Assembly: GCA_963744145.1 (NCBI GenBank)
Contig: CAVUSO010000001.1
Coordinates: forward strand, 5,344,001 to 5,408,000
DNA: 64,000 bases
Reading direction: 5' to 3'
Origin: an uncultured cyanobacterium
Lineage (GTDB): Bacteria; Cyanobacteriota; Cyanobacteriia; Cyanobacteriales; CAWUOF01
Below the pieces are notes generated by a model. The model was not told the origin of the DNA. It ran no database searches and worked only from the letters and a program-made list of their open reading frames with translations. Positions within the stretch are counted from its first letter, which is position 1, and every line of letters starts with the position of its first letter. Both the position numbers and the translations under genes were made by a program. This document shows, one piece after another, positions 33,337-44,373 of the stretch.

Positions 33337-35345
33337 AAAGCAGATCTAATTGGTAATTCGATCGTAAATTCTGTACCTTTACCAGGAGTAGAATCTACCT
33401 GTAACTTTCCACGATGCTTTTCCACCACAATTTGATAACTAATCGATAACCCTAACCCAGTACCTTTACCGACTGGTTTGGTGGTAAAAAATGGGTCAAA
33501 TAACTTTTGATGGACTTCCGGAGTTATCCCTGACCCATTATCACCAATCCGAATTGCTACCTTATCGTCATCAATTACTTCTGTCCGAATCCATAAGGTA
33601 GGTACTAAGTCTGACCCCCAATCCTTTTTCCCTGTTTCCAAAGCATCGATCGCATTGGCTAAAATATTCATAAATACCTGGTTGATTTGACTAGCATAGC
33701 AATCAACTTCCGGTAAATTTCCGTATTCTTTTACTAATTCAATTCGGGGAAAGTCTGATTTTGCTTTCAAGCGATGTTGTAAAATTAACAAGGTACTATC
33801 GAGACCTTGATGAAGATTGACTGACTTAATCACACTTTCATCAAGACGTGAAAAATTACGGAGAGATAGAACTATTTCCCGAATGCGATCGGCACCTAAT
33901 TTCATAGAAGAAAGTAAATTTGGTAAGTCTTCAATTAGGAAATCTAATTCGATCGCATCGATTTCGGCTTGAATTTCTGCAACTGGAGCAGGATAATACT
34001 GCTGATAGATATTGACTAGACTAAGTAAATCTTCTAGATATTGAGTAACATGAGTAATATTCCCATAGATAAAATTGATGGGATTATTAATTTCATGGGC
34101 AACTCCAGCAACTAGCTGTCCTAAAGAAGACATTTTTTCAGTTTGAATTAGTTGCGATTGGGTAGCTTGTAATTCGTGCAGTAATTTTTTTAGCTCTGTT
34201 GCTTGTTGACGATAGCGTTCCTCACTTTCTCTTAGTGCTGTTTCTTCTATGGTTAATCTCTCATTAGCTTGTTGCAATTGGAGCGTTCGTTCTAAAACTC
34301 GATTCTCTAATTGATTATTAATTTCTTTGAGAGCTATTTCTGCTTGATATCTCTGCCCATCAATTCGGCTCATTGTCTTGGCGCTAGACCAAATTAAAAT
34401 CGAAAAAAATATCATATTTAACATTCCCAGTAGGGATATTCCCATGTCAGAGGTGTAGATTTCTGTGCGATAACCTAATAAGATTAACCACCCACTCAAT
34501 GGTGGAAATATTAGGGCTGGTAGCAATAATTTTCTCGCCATTATTCCCCCAGCATCATTACTAGCGATCGCCCTCATTAAACCGCGTTCTGGAGAGCAAA
34601 ACAAAATTCCCAAACTCATAACAATAAACGCTAATGCTGTATGTAACGCCATGGCTGTATAGCTTTTACCAAAATGATAAAAATAGGCATTACCGTAGAC
34701 ATAACCTAACAATCCCAGACAAGAAATTAAAAATCCTCCTAAAGTAAATAATTGCGCTGGAAGATAATTTGGTCGAGGTAGATGCAATAACAATAGAGCC
34801 GAACCAAATAATAAAAAAGTTAGGGCTGTATTGGGAGCCATTCTCCCAGGAGCTGCTGTACTAACTGCATTTACTCGATCTTGGAAAAATATTTCATCAA
34901 TTCCTAAGTTAAGGTTAAAACTATACTGAATCAGGGTTAATAAGCTGATTAAAATAACTAAACTAGGCAAAAGATAAGTAATAAAGTTAATTGAAAAGAT
35001 TTTTCTTTTATTGGTTTGGTTCTTTCTGCTCAAATGTTGTTGATGGTAGGACCACAAAGATAAACTTCCCAGAATAAAACAAATGGCAGTATTAGCTTTC
35101 ATGCTTACCAGTCCTGGTAAGATACTTTTGAAAGTTGTAATATCAAAAATCCAACCGCAAATAACTATACAACCAATTAATGTTACTGCGATACTAGCTT
35201 TTCTGGAGATAGCTTGTAAAGTTAGTATTACCCTTGACGGCACAACTACTTGCTTGCTTGCCAAGGGGATATTGATCGTTGATAATAACGTTTCCATTGG
35301 GTTGAATACCAAATTTATTTTTGCTGTTGATAATCTTACAAACAA
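33333..35345 (-). CDS. Multi-TM membrane sensor histidine kinase (NtrB-like kinase core)
   Basis: About 8 TM with MKANTA/MAPNTA/MALHTA repeats; SSLGQLVAGVAHEINNP, DPFFTTKPVGKGTGLGLS. True start may be the Met at 35297. Confidence 0.9.
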   Translation of the reverse strand: MFVRLSTAKINLVFNPMETLLSTINIPLASKQVVVPSRVILTLQAISRKASIAVTLIGCIVICGWIFDITTFKSILPGLVSMKANTAICFILGSLSLWSYHQQHLSRKNQTNKRKIFSINFITYLLPSLVILISLLTLIQYSFNLNLGIDEIFFQDRVNAVSTAAPGRMAPNTALTFLLFGSALLLLHLPRPNYLPAQLFTLGGFLISCLGLLGYVYGNAYFYHFGKSYTAMALHTALAFIVMSLGILFCSPERGLMRAIASNDAGGIMARKLLLPALIFPPLSGWLILLGYRTEIYTSDMGISLLGMLNMIFFSILIWSSAKTMSRIDGQRYQAEIALKEINNQLENRVLERTLQLQQANERLTIEETALRESEERYRQQATELKKLLHELQATQSQLIQTEKMSSLGQLVAGVAHEINNPINFIYGNITHVTQYLEDLLSLVNIYQQYYPAPVAEIQAEIDAIELDFLIEDLPNLLSSMKLGADRIREIVLSLRNFSRLDESVIKSVNLHQGLDSTLLILQHRLKAKSDFPRIELVKEYGNLPEVDCYASQINQVFMNILANAIDALETGKKDWGSDLVPTLWIRTEVIDDDKVAIRIGDNGSGITPEVHQKLFDPFFTTKPVGKGTGLGLSISYQIVVEKHRGKLQVDSTPGKGTEFTIELPIRSAL

Positions 35346-35728
35346 ACTAATTATCAGAAGTGTTTTATAAGTTACAATTTAGCGCAATTAGATAATGATA
35401 ATTTTTTTTAATTTCTCTCTATAAAAAAAAGGATAAAATTTTATTAATTATTAATAGGTTCAGTTACTTGCTACTATAAAAATAGGATATTTATCCAAAT
35501 CAAGTCCTAATTCTAGCTGAGGCGATCGCAGTTCTGAACAAAGTTAATGATGAATATAATCGAATTTTGGCAAGTAATAACCTAGTGAGACGAAATGGAT
35601 TGAGAAAATGTTCCCGATCAAAATTAAAACGGGGTGACAATTTTTACATCTCTAGAAACTTAAGCGCCAAAACCATTCATCATGATTTTTTCTAGTTGAG
35701 CGTCACTCCGTTAATATTACCAATTTAG

Positions 35729-35905
35729 TTAGTCTTGGAGTACCCAATGGGCAACTAGACGTGACCGATCGCCATCAGGTTCTAGTAACCAAATCATGGA
35801 CAGTCTAGCTTGGGCCGTTGCTTTTTGAGATTTTAACGATTTTTCTGAAGATAATGCTGCTTGCACAATTGCATCAGAAGTAGTAGAATCACTTACGAGA
35901 TACAT
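35729..35905 (-). CDS. Unlisted 58-aa small protein MYLVSDSTTSDAIVQAALSSEKSLKSQKATAQARLSMIWLLEPDGDRSRLVAHWVLQD
   Basis: AAAGGAGG Shine-Dalgarno just upstream of the ATG; below the 60-aa cutoff of the ORF track. Confidence 0.65.
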   Translation of the reverse strand: MYLVSDSTTSDAIVQAALSSEKSLKSQKATAQARLSMIWLLEPDGDRSRLVAHWVLQD

Positions 35906-36141
35906 ATTAAACCCTCCTTTAAAAAGTTCTTAAACTCTCCTTAATCAATTTCATACTTATAATATGCAACATGGGAGATGCAATTGGTGTGATTTGAAAT
36001 ACCATTTACCTGTAATTGAAAGCAGAGTAAACAGTGATTGATCGCACAAAAGATTCTGGAAGTAACTTAATTAAGTTTTATTAACAAAAAAAGCGATCGA
36101 GCGATTAAAATTAAAACAAACCGGAGACGAAAAAAGTAACT

Positions 36142-37260
36142 ATGAATTCTGGCAAATCAAAAAGCAAAAATGCGCCCACTGCAACCGCATTGCTCCGAGA
36201 ACACGCAGAACACCAATTTGCTGAGGAATTTCAAGCATTGGCAAAAGTAGATACTAAACAGCGTCCTCCCAATTGGCAACTTTCACCTTGGGCAGTAGCT
36301 AAATATCTTTTGGGGGGAAAATTAGAAAATGGCTTTGAGATTACACCAAAGTATATTGGCGATCGCCGTCTGATGGAAATCGCGATCGCGACTCTGACCA
36401 CAGATCGAGCTTTATTACTAATTGGAGTCCCCGGAACTGCTAAATCATGGGTTTCTGAACATCTAGCAGCAGCAATTAGTGGTAATTCTACCCTATTGAT
36501 TCAAGGTACAGCCGGAACCAGTGAAGAATCAATTCGCTATGGTTGGAATTATGCCAAACTCTTAGCAGATGGACCATCTCTTGATGCGTTAGTCGCAAGT
36601 CCCTTAATGCGGGCTATGCGCGAGGGAAAAATTGCCCGTGTTGAAGAATTAACTCGGATTCCAGCGGATGTCCAAGATACACTGATTACCATTTTATCAG
36701 AAAAAACCTTACCAATCCCAGAACTAAATAACGAAGTTCAAGCAAATAAAGGATTTAGTGTGATTGCGACAGCTAATGATCGAGATAAGGGAGTAAATGA
36801 ACTATCTAGTGCTTTAAAACGAAGATTTAATACAGTAGTTTTACCCTTACCGAAAACTGTAGAAGAAGAAGTAGAAATTGTACAACGTCGAGTCGAAAGT
36901 CTGGGACGTGCTTTAGAATTACCAGCAGAAACCCCTGCGATCGAAGAAGTCCGTCGCATTGTGACGATTTTTCGAGAATTGCGGAGTGGTTTAACGACAG
37001 ATGGGAAAACTAAGTTGAAATCTCCTAGTAGTACCTTGAGTACAGCAGAAGCTATTTCTGTGGTGAATAATGGTTTAGCTTTAGCAGCTCATTTCGGAGA
37101 TGGGGTGATTAGTGCTAGTGATGTTGCATCGGGATTGATTGGTGCTGTGATTAAAGATCCAGTTCAAGATCAAATTGTGTGGCGCGAGTATTTGGAAACT
37201 GTGATTAAAGAAAGAAATGATTGGAAAGACTTATATCGTGCTTGTCGTGATTTATCTTAG
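36142..37260 (+). CDS. MoxR-family AAA+ ATPase, YehL-like
   Basis: GVPGTAKSWVSEHL Walker A, RVEELTR, ATANDRDKGVNELSSALKRRF. Confidence 0.9.
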   Translation: MNSGKSKSKNAPTATALLREHAEHQFAEEFQALAKVDTKQRPPNWQLSPWAVAKYLLGGKLENGFEITPKYIGDRRLMEIAIATLTTDRALLLIGVPGTAKSWVSEHLAAAISGNSTLLIQGTAGTSEESIRYGWNYAKLLADGPSLDALVASPLMRAMREGKIARVEELTRIPADVQDTLITILSEKTLPIPELNNEVQANKGFSVIATANDRDKGVNELSSALKRRFNTVVLPLPKTVEEEVEIVQRRVESLGRALELPAETPAIEEVRRIVTIFRELRSGLTTDGKTKLKSPSSTLSTAEAISVVNNGLALAAHFGDGVISASDVASGLIGAVIKDPVQDQIVWREYLETVIKERNDWKDLYRACRDLS

Positions 37261-37277
37261 CAGCCACTAATCAAAGT

Positions 37278-39521
37278 ATGAGCATACATCTTTTTGGGAT
37301 TAGACATCATGGTCCTGGTTCAGCTCGCAGTTTAAAGAGAGCTTTAGAGTCTTTACAACCAGATACAATTTTAGTAGAAGGACCACCAGAAGCTGATCAA
37401 ATGTTACCATTAATGCTTCATCCAGACATGGAGCCTCCGGTAGCTTTACTAATTTATGCACCAGATCAGCCGCGTTTATCGGTATATTATCCTTTTGCAA
37501 TTTTTTCGCCAGAATGGCAAGCAATTCGTTATGGTTTAACTAATCAGATTCCGGTGCGGTTTATGGATTTACCCCAAACCCATCGGTTAGCAAAAGAAAG
37601 CGATCGCGAAGCTGAACAAACAACAGAAGTAATTCCCCAAACAGAAGAGATTCATCGTGATCCGTTAGGTTGGTTAGCCCAAGCAGCTGGTTATAGTGAC
37701 GGAGAACGGTGGTGGGAACATTTTATTGAACATCGACGCGATCGCGAAAACCAATTTGATGCAGTATTAGAAGCTATGACAGCTTTACGTGAAGCAGCTC
37801 CTCCTAGTTCGGATTTACAGGAAGCAAAACGGGAAGCTTATATGCGAAATACAATTCGCGCTGCTCAAAAAGAAGGTTTTCAAAAGATTGCTGTGGTTTG
37901 TGGGGCGTGGCACACTCCAGCATTAGCTAAAATGCCACCTGTTAAAGAAGATAATAGCTTACTTAAAGGGTTATCTAAAACTAAAGTAGAAGCAACTTGG
38001 GTTCCTTGGACTTATGGGAGACTTGCTTATCGTAGTGGTTATGGTGCTGGGATTGAATCTCCTGGTTGGTATGATCATTTATGGAGGGTAGACTCGGAAC
38101 AATCTGATCTTCATCAAGCCAAAAGTGAAGTAGTGATTCGCTGGATTACTAAAGTTGCTCGATTACTAAGAGCAGAAGATTTAGATGCTTCCTCTGCTCA
38201 TATTATTGAAGCAGTCAGATTAGCAGAAGCTTTAGCAGCACTTCGCGATCGCACTCTTCCGGGATTATTAGAATTAAATGAAGCAATTCAGTCTGTGCTT
38301 TGTTTCGGTAGTGACATTCAAATGAAATTAATCCATGAGAAATTAATCGTGGGAGAAAGACTGGGAAAAGTCCCCGATGAAACTCCCATGGTGCCGTTAC
38401 AACAGGACTTAAGAAGTTTACAAAAAAAATTGCGACTTCCACCTGAACCTACTAAAAAAACCTATGATCTTGATCAACGTAAACCTAATGATCTACAACG
38501 TAGTCAATTATTGTATAGATTAGACTTACTGGAAATTCCCTGGGGAAAAAGAGAAAAAGAAAGTAAAAATGTCAAAGGTACATTTCACGAAATTTGGAGT
38601 TTACAATGGCAACCTGAATTTGAAGTGATGGTGATTGAAAAAGGGATTTGGGGAAATACTATTGATCATGCTGCTGCTAATTATGCGATCGATATTGCTC
38701 AAAAAATTACTGAATTACCAAAACTAGCAGAACTTTTAGATAAATTATTACTAGCAGATTTGCCGAATGGATGTAGTTTCTTAATGAAACGTCTAGAATC
38801 AGAAGCAGCAGTTGCTAGTGATATCGGACATTTAATGGAAACATTACCAGCATTAGCGAGAATTATGCGTTATGGTAATATTCGGAAAACTGATACTGAA
38901 ACTATTAGTGAGATTGTCAATGGGTTAATCACCCGAATTTGCATCGGATTACCAAATGCTTGTGCTTCTTTAGATGATGATGCTGCTAGGATTATGTATG
39001 AGCGGATTAATCAAGTAAATAGTGCGATCGCTTTAATTCAAAATCAGGAATATCAAACAGTTTGGCACAATCTGCTCGTGGAATTGACAGAAAAACCCAA
39101 TTTACACGGATTATTAGGGGGAAGATGTTGTCGTTTACTACTAGATGCAGGTATATTTGTCATTGATGAAGCAGCTCGAAGGATGGGACTAGCATTATCT
39201 ACAGCAATTGAACCACATCAAGCCGCAGTTTGGGTAGAAGGATTTATTAAAGGTAGTGGTTTATTGCTACTCCATGATGATAAATTATGGGAAGTGCTAG
39301 ATCGTTGGGTAACTCAGCTTAATGGGGATACATTTACAGCTTTACTACCATTATTACGTCGGACGTTCTCCTCATTTTCTGCACCAGAACGTCGTCAAAT
39401 GGGAGAAAAAGTCAGAGGTGGTAAGAAAATCACCATGATTGCTGCTAATATAAGTAACGATTTTGACGAAGAACGGGCTAATTCTGTATTACCCTTACTC
39501 GGACAAATATTAGGATTATAA
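37278..39521 (+). CDS. YehM-like (DUF5682) protein
   Basis: GIRHHGPGSARS, VEGPPE, VVCGAWH, GYGAGIESPGWY; follows the YehL-like ATPase. Confidence 0.85.
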   Translation: MSIHLFGIRHHGPGSARSLKRALESLQPDTILVEGPPEADQMLPLMLHPDMEPPVALLIYAPDQPRLSVYYPFAIFSPEWQAIRYGLTNQIPVRFMDLPQTHRLAKESDREAEQTTEVIPQTEEIHRDPLGWLAQAAGYSDGERWWEHFIEHRRDRENQFDAVLEAMTALREAAPPSSDLQEAKREAYMRNTIRAAQKEGFQKIAVVCGAWHTPALAKMPPVKEDNSLLKGLSKTKVEATWVPWTYGRLAYRSGYGAGIESPGWYDHLWRVDSEQSDLHQAKSEVVIRWITKVARLLRAEDLDASSAHIIEAVRLAEALAALRDRTLPGLLELNEAIQSVLCFGSDIQMKLIHEKLIVGERLGKVPDETPMVPLQQDLRSLQKKLRLPPEPTKKTYDLDQRKPNDLQRSQLLYRLDLLEIPWGKREKESKNVKGTFHEIWSLQWQPEFEVMVIEKGIWGNTIDHAAANYAIDIAQKITELPKLAELLDKLLLADLPNGCSFLMKRLESEAAVASDIGHLMETLPALARIMRYGNIRKTDTETISEIVNGLITRICIGLPNACASLDDDAARIMYERINQVNSAIALIQNQEYQTVWHNLLVELTEKPNLHGLLGGRCCRLLLDAGIFVIDEAARRMGLALSTAIEPHQAAVWVEGFIKGSGLLLLHDDKLWEVLDRWVTQLNGDTFTALLPLLRRTFSSFSAPERRQMGEKVRGGKKITMIAANISNDFDEERANSVLPLLGQILGL

Positions 39522-39530
39522 ATTGATTTA

Positions 39531-41312
39531 ATGAAATTTGCGATCGCATCCCCACTGAACAAATTTAATCTGCTTCTGCTCCTGCTCTGGGTCATCATCG
39601 GGACAGGGTTACGCTTTACTCTCCTAGAAGAAAAACCACCCTGGACTGATGAAATTGCTACCATGGTATTTAGTTTAGGTCACAGTTTTCAGACAATCCC
39701 TCTTGATCAAGCAATCACGATCGACACTATTTTACAGCCACTCCAATTCGATGTCAATTCTAGCATTAGTGATGTTACCCACAATTTAATGACCGAAAGC
39801 ACTCATCCTCCGATTTATTTTGTGCTAACACATCTCTGGTTAAAACTATTTTCCCATCCCGGTGAAATAATTTCACTTTGGGTGCTACGTTCTTTGAGTG
39901 CTTTATTAGGAGTTCTCTCAATTCCCGCGATATTTGGACTTGCTTGGATCGGATTTGAATCTCAGGTAGTAGCTCAAATTGCAGCGGGAATTATGTCGGT
40001 TTCTCCCTATGGAATCTACCTCGCTCAAGAAGCACGTCACTATACTTTAGCGATCTTATTTATTATCGCTTCTCTTAGTTGTTTAATTATTACTATTCGG
40101 GCTTTACAAAATCATCATTCCCTACCTATTTGGCTCGTTCCTACCTGGATTGTAGTTAACAGTTTAGGTGTCGCTATCCATTATTTTTTAGCAGTTACTC
40201 TCTTAGCTGAAGGATTAGTAGTATTAAAATATTGGTGGGTAAATATAATTTTATCCGACGGTCAAACAGTCGAAAAAATTACTAATAGGTTATTGGCTAA
40301 ACCTTGGCTCCAAATCTATACTATAGCGATAGGAACTCTAGTGGGATGTTTAGTTTGGGTGCCTTTTTTAGGTGGAATTTCCTCAAGTAAATTAACCGAA
40401 TGGATTTACTATCATAGCGATAATGTTAATAAATTTATTGCTCCTTTTGCTAGAGTTATAGCTTGGATATTAACCATGCTATCCTTATTACCAGTAGAAA
40501 GACAACCGCTAGCGATCGTCATTATATCTGGATTGGTGATGGTGATTTTTATAGTTTGGTTATTGCCAATTATCGGACGGGGTATAAAAATTCAAATGCA
40601 GCGATCGCCCCATCGTCTCAGTCTCCAAGTATTAGGAGAATTTATGATGGTAGCTCTCGGTTTAATTTTCGCCATTACATTTATTTTAGGAACAGATTTA
40701 ACATTAGCTGCCCGCTATCAATTTATCTATTTTCCTGCTTGCGTCGTTTTATTAGCAAGTGCGATCGCTCCTAGCTGGGAAAGTGATACTTCAGGAACAA
40801 AAAACCTCCAAAAATATTCTTTACCGATCAAGGGAAAGAAAGCAGTTGTCATTATTTTGATCATGGGATTAATGGGAGGATTGACAGTAGCACTACATCT
40901 AGGATATCAAAAAGGCGATCGCCCAGACTTAGTTGCACCTGTAATGATCGCAAGACAAAATGATTTAGTCACTCCCATTCCAGCATTAATCGCTAATGTC
41001 CAAAAAACCCATGAACAAACGGGAGAAATAATCGGATTAGCTTGGGAATTAAAATTTCTTCAGAATTCCTTATCTTCAGTCAATCAAACATCACCCAATT
41101 TTCCTCAATTTCTCTTAGCACATAAACAGGAAGGTCCCAAACACCTGACCGACTTACTGCACCAAACCATGACTAACTTTTCCCGTCCTTTAGATTTATG
41201 GACAGTCAATTTTTCTGTACCGATTCCAGCTGAAGCAGAAAATTGTGAAAATAAATCTGGACCTGTGCAAAAAGTAGCAGGGTATAATTATCGACTTTAT
41301 CATTGTCGATAA
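39531..41312 (+). CDS. GT-C fold (family 39/PMT-like) integral membrane glycosyltransferase
   Basis: PPWTDE, THPPIYF, AQEARHY motifs and multiple TMs. Confidence 0.8.
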   Translation: MKFAIASPLNKFNLLLLLLWVIIGTGLRFTLLEEKPPWTDEIATMVFSLGHSFQTIPLDQAITIDTILQPLQFDVNSSISDVTHNLMTESTHPPIYFVLTHLWLKLFSHPGEIISLWVLRSLSALLGVLSIPAIFGLAWIGFESQVVAQIAAGIMSVSPYGIYLAQEARHYTLAILFIIASLSCLIITIRALQNHHSLPIWLVPTWIVVNSLGVAIHYFLAVTLLAEGLVVLKYWWVNIILSDGQTVEKITNRLLAKPWLQIYTIAIGTLVGCLVWVPFLGGISSSKLTEWIYYHSDNVNKFIAPFARVIAWILTMLSLLPVERQPLAIVIISGLVMVIFIVWLLPIIGRGIKIQMQRSPHRLSLQVLGEFMMVALGLIFAITFILGTDLTLAARYQFIYFPACVVLLASAIAPSWESDTSGTKNLQKYSLPIKGKKAVVIILIMGLMGGLTVALHLGYQKGDRPDLVAPVMIARQNDLVTPIPALIANVQKTHEQTGEIIGLAWELKFLQNSLSSVNQTSPNFPQFLLAHKQEGPKHLTDLLHQTMTNFSRPLDLWTVNFSVPIPAEAENCENKSGPVQKVAGYNYRLYHCR

Positions 41313-41574
41313 ATTGTGCTGTATTCCTCATTATCCAAGCTAAATAATCAAGTCAGTTCAGGTTAAAGTTCTTAGTTCAGACTACCTCTGGTTAATTTTA
41401 ATGCTCAAAACAGATTAATACCTATGCTACAGTTATACTCTATCAATAAACCGGATCAACAGCCCAATGCTTTTTCACCGATCTAACCAGCAATATTTCT
41501 TAGGAGGTCGATCGCTGTAAACCTATGAACACAAAGTATTTAAAAGATCACTGAGTATCAGCGATAACCAGAAT

Positions 41575-43509
41575 ATGGAAACCCATTTTGATATAACACT
41601 GCTGATAGTTCTCACAGTCATTGCAGGGATTGGTGCCCAAGTTTTGGCTGACTATCTCAAAGTCCCTGCGATCGTATTTTTGCTGCTATTTGGCATTCTT
41701 CTGGGTCCCGATGGCTTTGGTTTACTACATCCCCACCTGTTGGGTACTGGTTTGGAAGTGATGGTTTCCCTGTCTGTCGCACTAATTTTATTTGAGGGAG
41801 GTCTTAATCTAGAGCTAAAAGAACTGGGCAAGGTTTCTGGTAGTTTGCGAAATCTAGTCACTTTTGGCACTCTCATTACTTTAATGGGAGGTAGTATCGC
41901 AGCTCACTGGCTCGGTGAATTTCCCTGGTCTCTAGCTTTTCTCTATGCTTCTTTAGTCGTGGTCACTGGTCCAACAGTTATTGGTCCACTACTCAAACAA
42001 GTACAGGTAGATCGGCAAGTAACAGCTTTACTAGAAGGGGAAGGTGTTTTAATCGATCCAGTTGGAGCAATTTTAGCAGTTTTAGTGCTAAATATCATTT
42101 TAAACGGGGGTGCTGATCCGATCGGGTTACTGACGGATTTAATTATTCGTTTAGGTATTGGTGTTGTTATTGGTGGGATTGGTAGTTGGTTGTTAGGCTT
42201 TTTTCTCAAACGAGCCCAATTTCTTTCGGAAGATTTAAAAAGTTTAGTAGTTTTAGCCGGATTGTGGGGTTTATTTGGTTTAGCCCAATTAATTCGCTCA
42301 GAAGCAGGATTAATGGCCACAGTAGTTGGTGGGATGGTGTTAAGAGCATCCTCTGTACCCGAAGAGCGATTATTGCGACGATTTAAAGGAAAGCTAACGA
42401 TTCTGGCTATTTCGGTCTTATTTATCCTTTTGTCAGCAGATCTATCGATCGCGAGTATTATCGCTTTAGGCTGGGGTAGTGTTTTTACTGTTTTGGCGTT
42501 AATGTTTATTGTCCGTCCGTTAAATATCGGGTTTTGTACCTGGAATAGCGGATTTAATTGGAGACAAAAATTATTTTTATGTTGGGTCGCTCCACGGGGC
42601 ATAGTTTCAGCGTCTGTCGCGTCTTTATTTTCGATTTTGCTCACCCAGCGCGGTATTACTGGTGGAGATTCCATTAAAGCACTTGTTTTCTTGACGATTA
42701 TTTTAACTGTTTTTATCCAAGGACCAACTGCTAAATTATTAGCCCATTGGTTGCAAATCACCTCAACTCAAGCAACTGGAGTGGTAATTGTTGGCAGTAA
42801 TCCTTTAAGTCGATTAATTGCACGGTTATTTCAAGAGCGTGAAGAATCAGTAGTTGTAATTGATACAGATGCGGAAGCTAGTCGTTTAGCAGAACAAGAA
42901 AATATTAAAGTTTTTGTTAGCAGTGGTTTAGATACTGCGGTATTAGAAGAAGCGGGATTAGCATCGGTTGGCACTTTTCTCGCCATGACCAATAATGGTG
43001 AAGTAAATTTAGTCTTAGCCCAAAGAGCGGCTGAAGAATTTAAACCTCCCAGAGTATTAGCTGTATTCCCTCGTGATCCTCAAGTAAATACAGTCAATCA
43101 TAGCCTCAAAATTGATCAGGCTTTTCTTCCCGATATCGTGATTAAAATTTGGAATCAATATTTGATTGATGGTGATGTTAAGTTAGGAGAAACGATTCTC
43201 AAAGAATTAGAATTTGAATTTCAAGAAATTCATTTACAAGCATTGATTCGTTCTGGAGAATTAATGCCCTTGTTAATTGAACGGGATGAGCATTTAATGG
43301 TAATTCCAGCTACTGAAACCTGGGAACCGGGCGATCGAATTATTTATTTGTTCCATGATCCCAAACCGAAAATATTAAAACTTCTATCTGGTACTAGTCA
43401 AGCTAAACTGATTTTGGAAAAACAACCAGCTGTAGAAGAAGTCCCAATTCCAGTTTCTGCTCGAGAAAATTCCCTAGCAGAAACCGAAGCATCTCTCCCT
43501 CAGCCCTAA
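41575..43509 (+). CDS. CPA1 cation:proton antiporter with C-terminal TrkA-N/RCK domain
   Basis: LFEGGLNL, VTGPTVI, EGVLIDPVG, APRGIVSAS; soluble nucleotide-binding-like tail. Confidence 0.9.
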   Translation: METHFDITLLIVLTVIAGIGAQVLADYLKVPAIVFLLLFGILLGPDGFGLLHPHLLGTGLEVMVSLSVALILFEGGLNLELKELGKVSGSLRNLVTFGTLITLMGGSIAAHWLGEFPWSLAFLYASLVVVTGPTVIGPLLKQVQVDRQVTALLEGEGVLIDPVGAILAVLVLNIILNGGADPIGLLTDLIIRLGIGVVIGGIGSWLLGFFLKRAQFLSEDLKSLVVLAGLWGLFGLAQLIRSEAGLMATVVGGMVLRASSVPEERLLRRFKGKLTILAISVLFILLSADLSIASIIALGWGSVFTVLALMFIVRPLNIGFCTWNSGFNWRQKLFLCWVAPRGIVSASVASLFSILLTQRGITGGDSIKALVFLTIILTVFIQGPTAKLLAHWLQITSTQATGVVIVGSNPLSRLIARLFQEREESVVVIDTDAEASRLAEQENIKVFVSSGLDTAVLEEAGLASVGTFLAMTNNGEVNLVLAQRAAEEFKPPRVLAVFPRDPQVNTVNHSLKIDQAFLPDIVIKIWNQYLIDGDVKLGETILKELEFEFQEIHLQALIRSGELMPLLIERDEHLMVIPATETWEPGDRIIYLFHDPKPKILKLLSGTSQAKLILEKQPAVEEVPIPVSARENSLAETEASLPQP

Positions 43510-43542
43510 TCAAAAAGCTCAACCGCTCCATAAATGGAAAAA

Positions 43543-43559
43543 GGGTGTTGTTACACCCT
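43543..43559. terminator. Short hairpin GGGTGT-TGTT-ACACCC between the convergent antiporter and sigF genes
   Basis: Inverted repeat with a flanking A-run. Confidence 0.5.
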
Positions 43560-43584
43560 CTGTTACCTGATGCGAGTTTAGAAC

Positions 43585-44373
43585 TTAAATTTCTACATCA
43601 GAGTTAGTCATTAACTGTTTCAGAGAATCTAAGCCTTTTTTAACTCGACGGGAAACGGTGACAGCACTGATCCCTAACCGATCGGCTGTTTCTTTCTGGG
43701 TCAGATCGTGAAGAAACACGAATTCTAAAATGTCACGAGTCCGCTCTTCTAATTTAGCCAGAGCTTGTTGGAGACGCATGACATCTTCTTGCGCTAGTTG
43801 AAAACTACGATAATTATGATCCGGAACCAAATCCCCTAGGGAAGTAGCATCATCATCATCATCACCATCCTTAAGTGGGGCATCAAGACTTAAGGGAACC
43901 CGATTCCGACAAGCCAATTTAATTTCCTGCCATTCTGAGACTGTAATTCCCAGAGCCGCAGATATTTCTTTATCTGTAGGTTGTCTATTTAGCTGTAAAT
44001 GTAGATTTTGAATTACGACCGCGGCTTGACGTTCCAAATCAAGCCAATGTCTGGGAATCCGCACCGATGGACTTTTATCTCGTAAGTAATGTTGAATCTC
44101 TCCGCGAATATACGGAATCGCGAAGGAACTAAAAGCATGGCCTTTAGAAATATCAAATCTTTCGATCGCCCGGATTAATCCTAAACTACCTACCTGAAGC
44201 AAATCATCATAGCTTTCAGTACATTGATTAATCCAGTGGTGTGCTTCTTTTCTAACCAGTCCAAAGTTTAATTTAACTAACTGGTTACGGATTTGAGTTG
44301 AAGGAGAGCGATGATACTCCGCCAACAATTCTAAATTTTCGTTTCTGAGTTCGTTGATGACTGGGGTAATCAT
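43585..44373 (-). CDS. sigF: Group 3 RNA polymerase sigma factor, SigF-type
   Basis: RNQLVKLNFGLVRK, DLLQVGSLGLIRAIERFD, PYIRGEIQHYLRD, region 4 TQKETADRLGISAVTVSR; downstream of psbO. Confidence 0.85.
   Translation of the reverse strand: MITPVINELRNENLELLAEYHRSPSTQIRNQLVKLNFGLVRKEAHHWINQCTESYDDLLQVGSLGLIRAIERFDISKGHAFSSFAIPYIRGEIQHYLRDKSPSVRIPRHWLDLERQAAVVIQNLHLQLNRQPTDKEISAALGITVSEWQEIKLACRNRVPLSLDAPLKDGDDDDDATSLGDLVPDHNYRSFQLAQEDVMRLQQALAKLEERTRDILEFVFLHDLTQKETADRLGISAVTVSRRVKKGLDSLKQLMTNSDVEI

Noticed and set aside
41943..42761. 272-aa minus-strand ORF
   Set aside because: Antisense to the well-supported antiporter; a typical shadow of hydrophobic codons.
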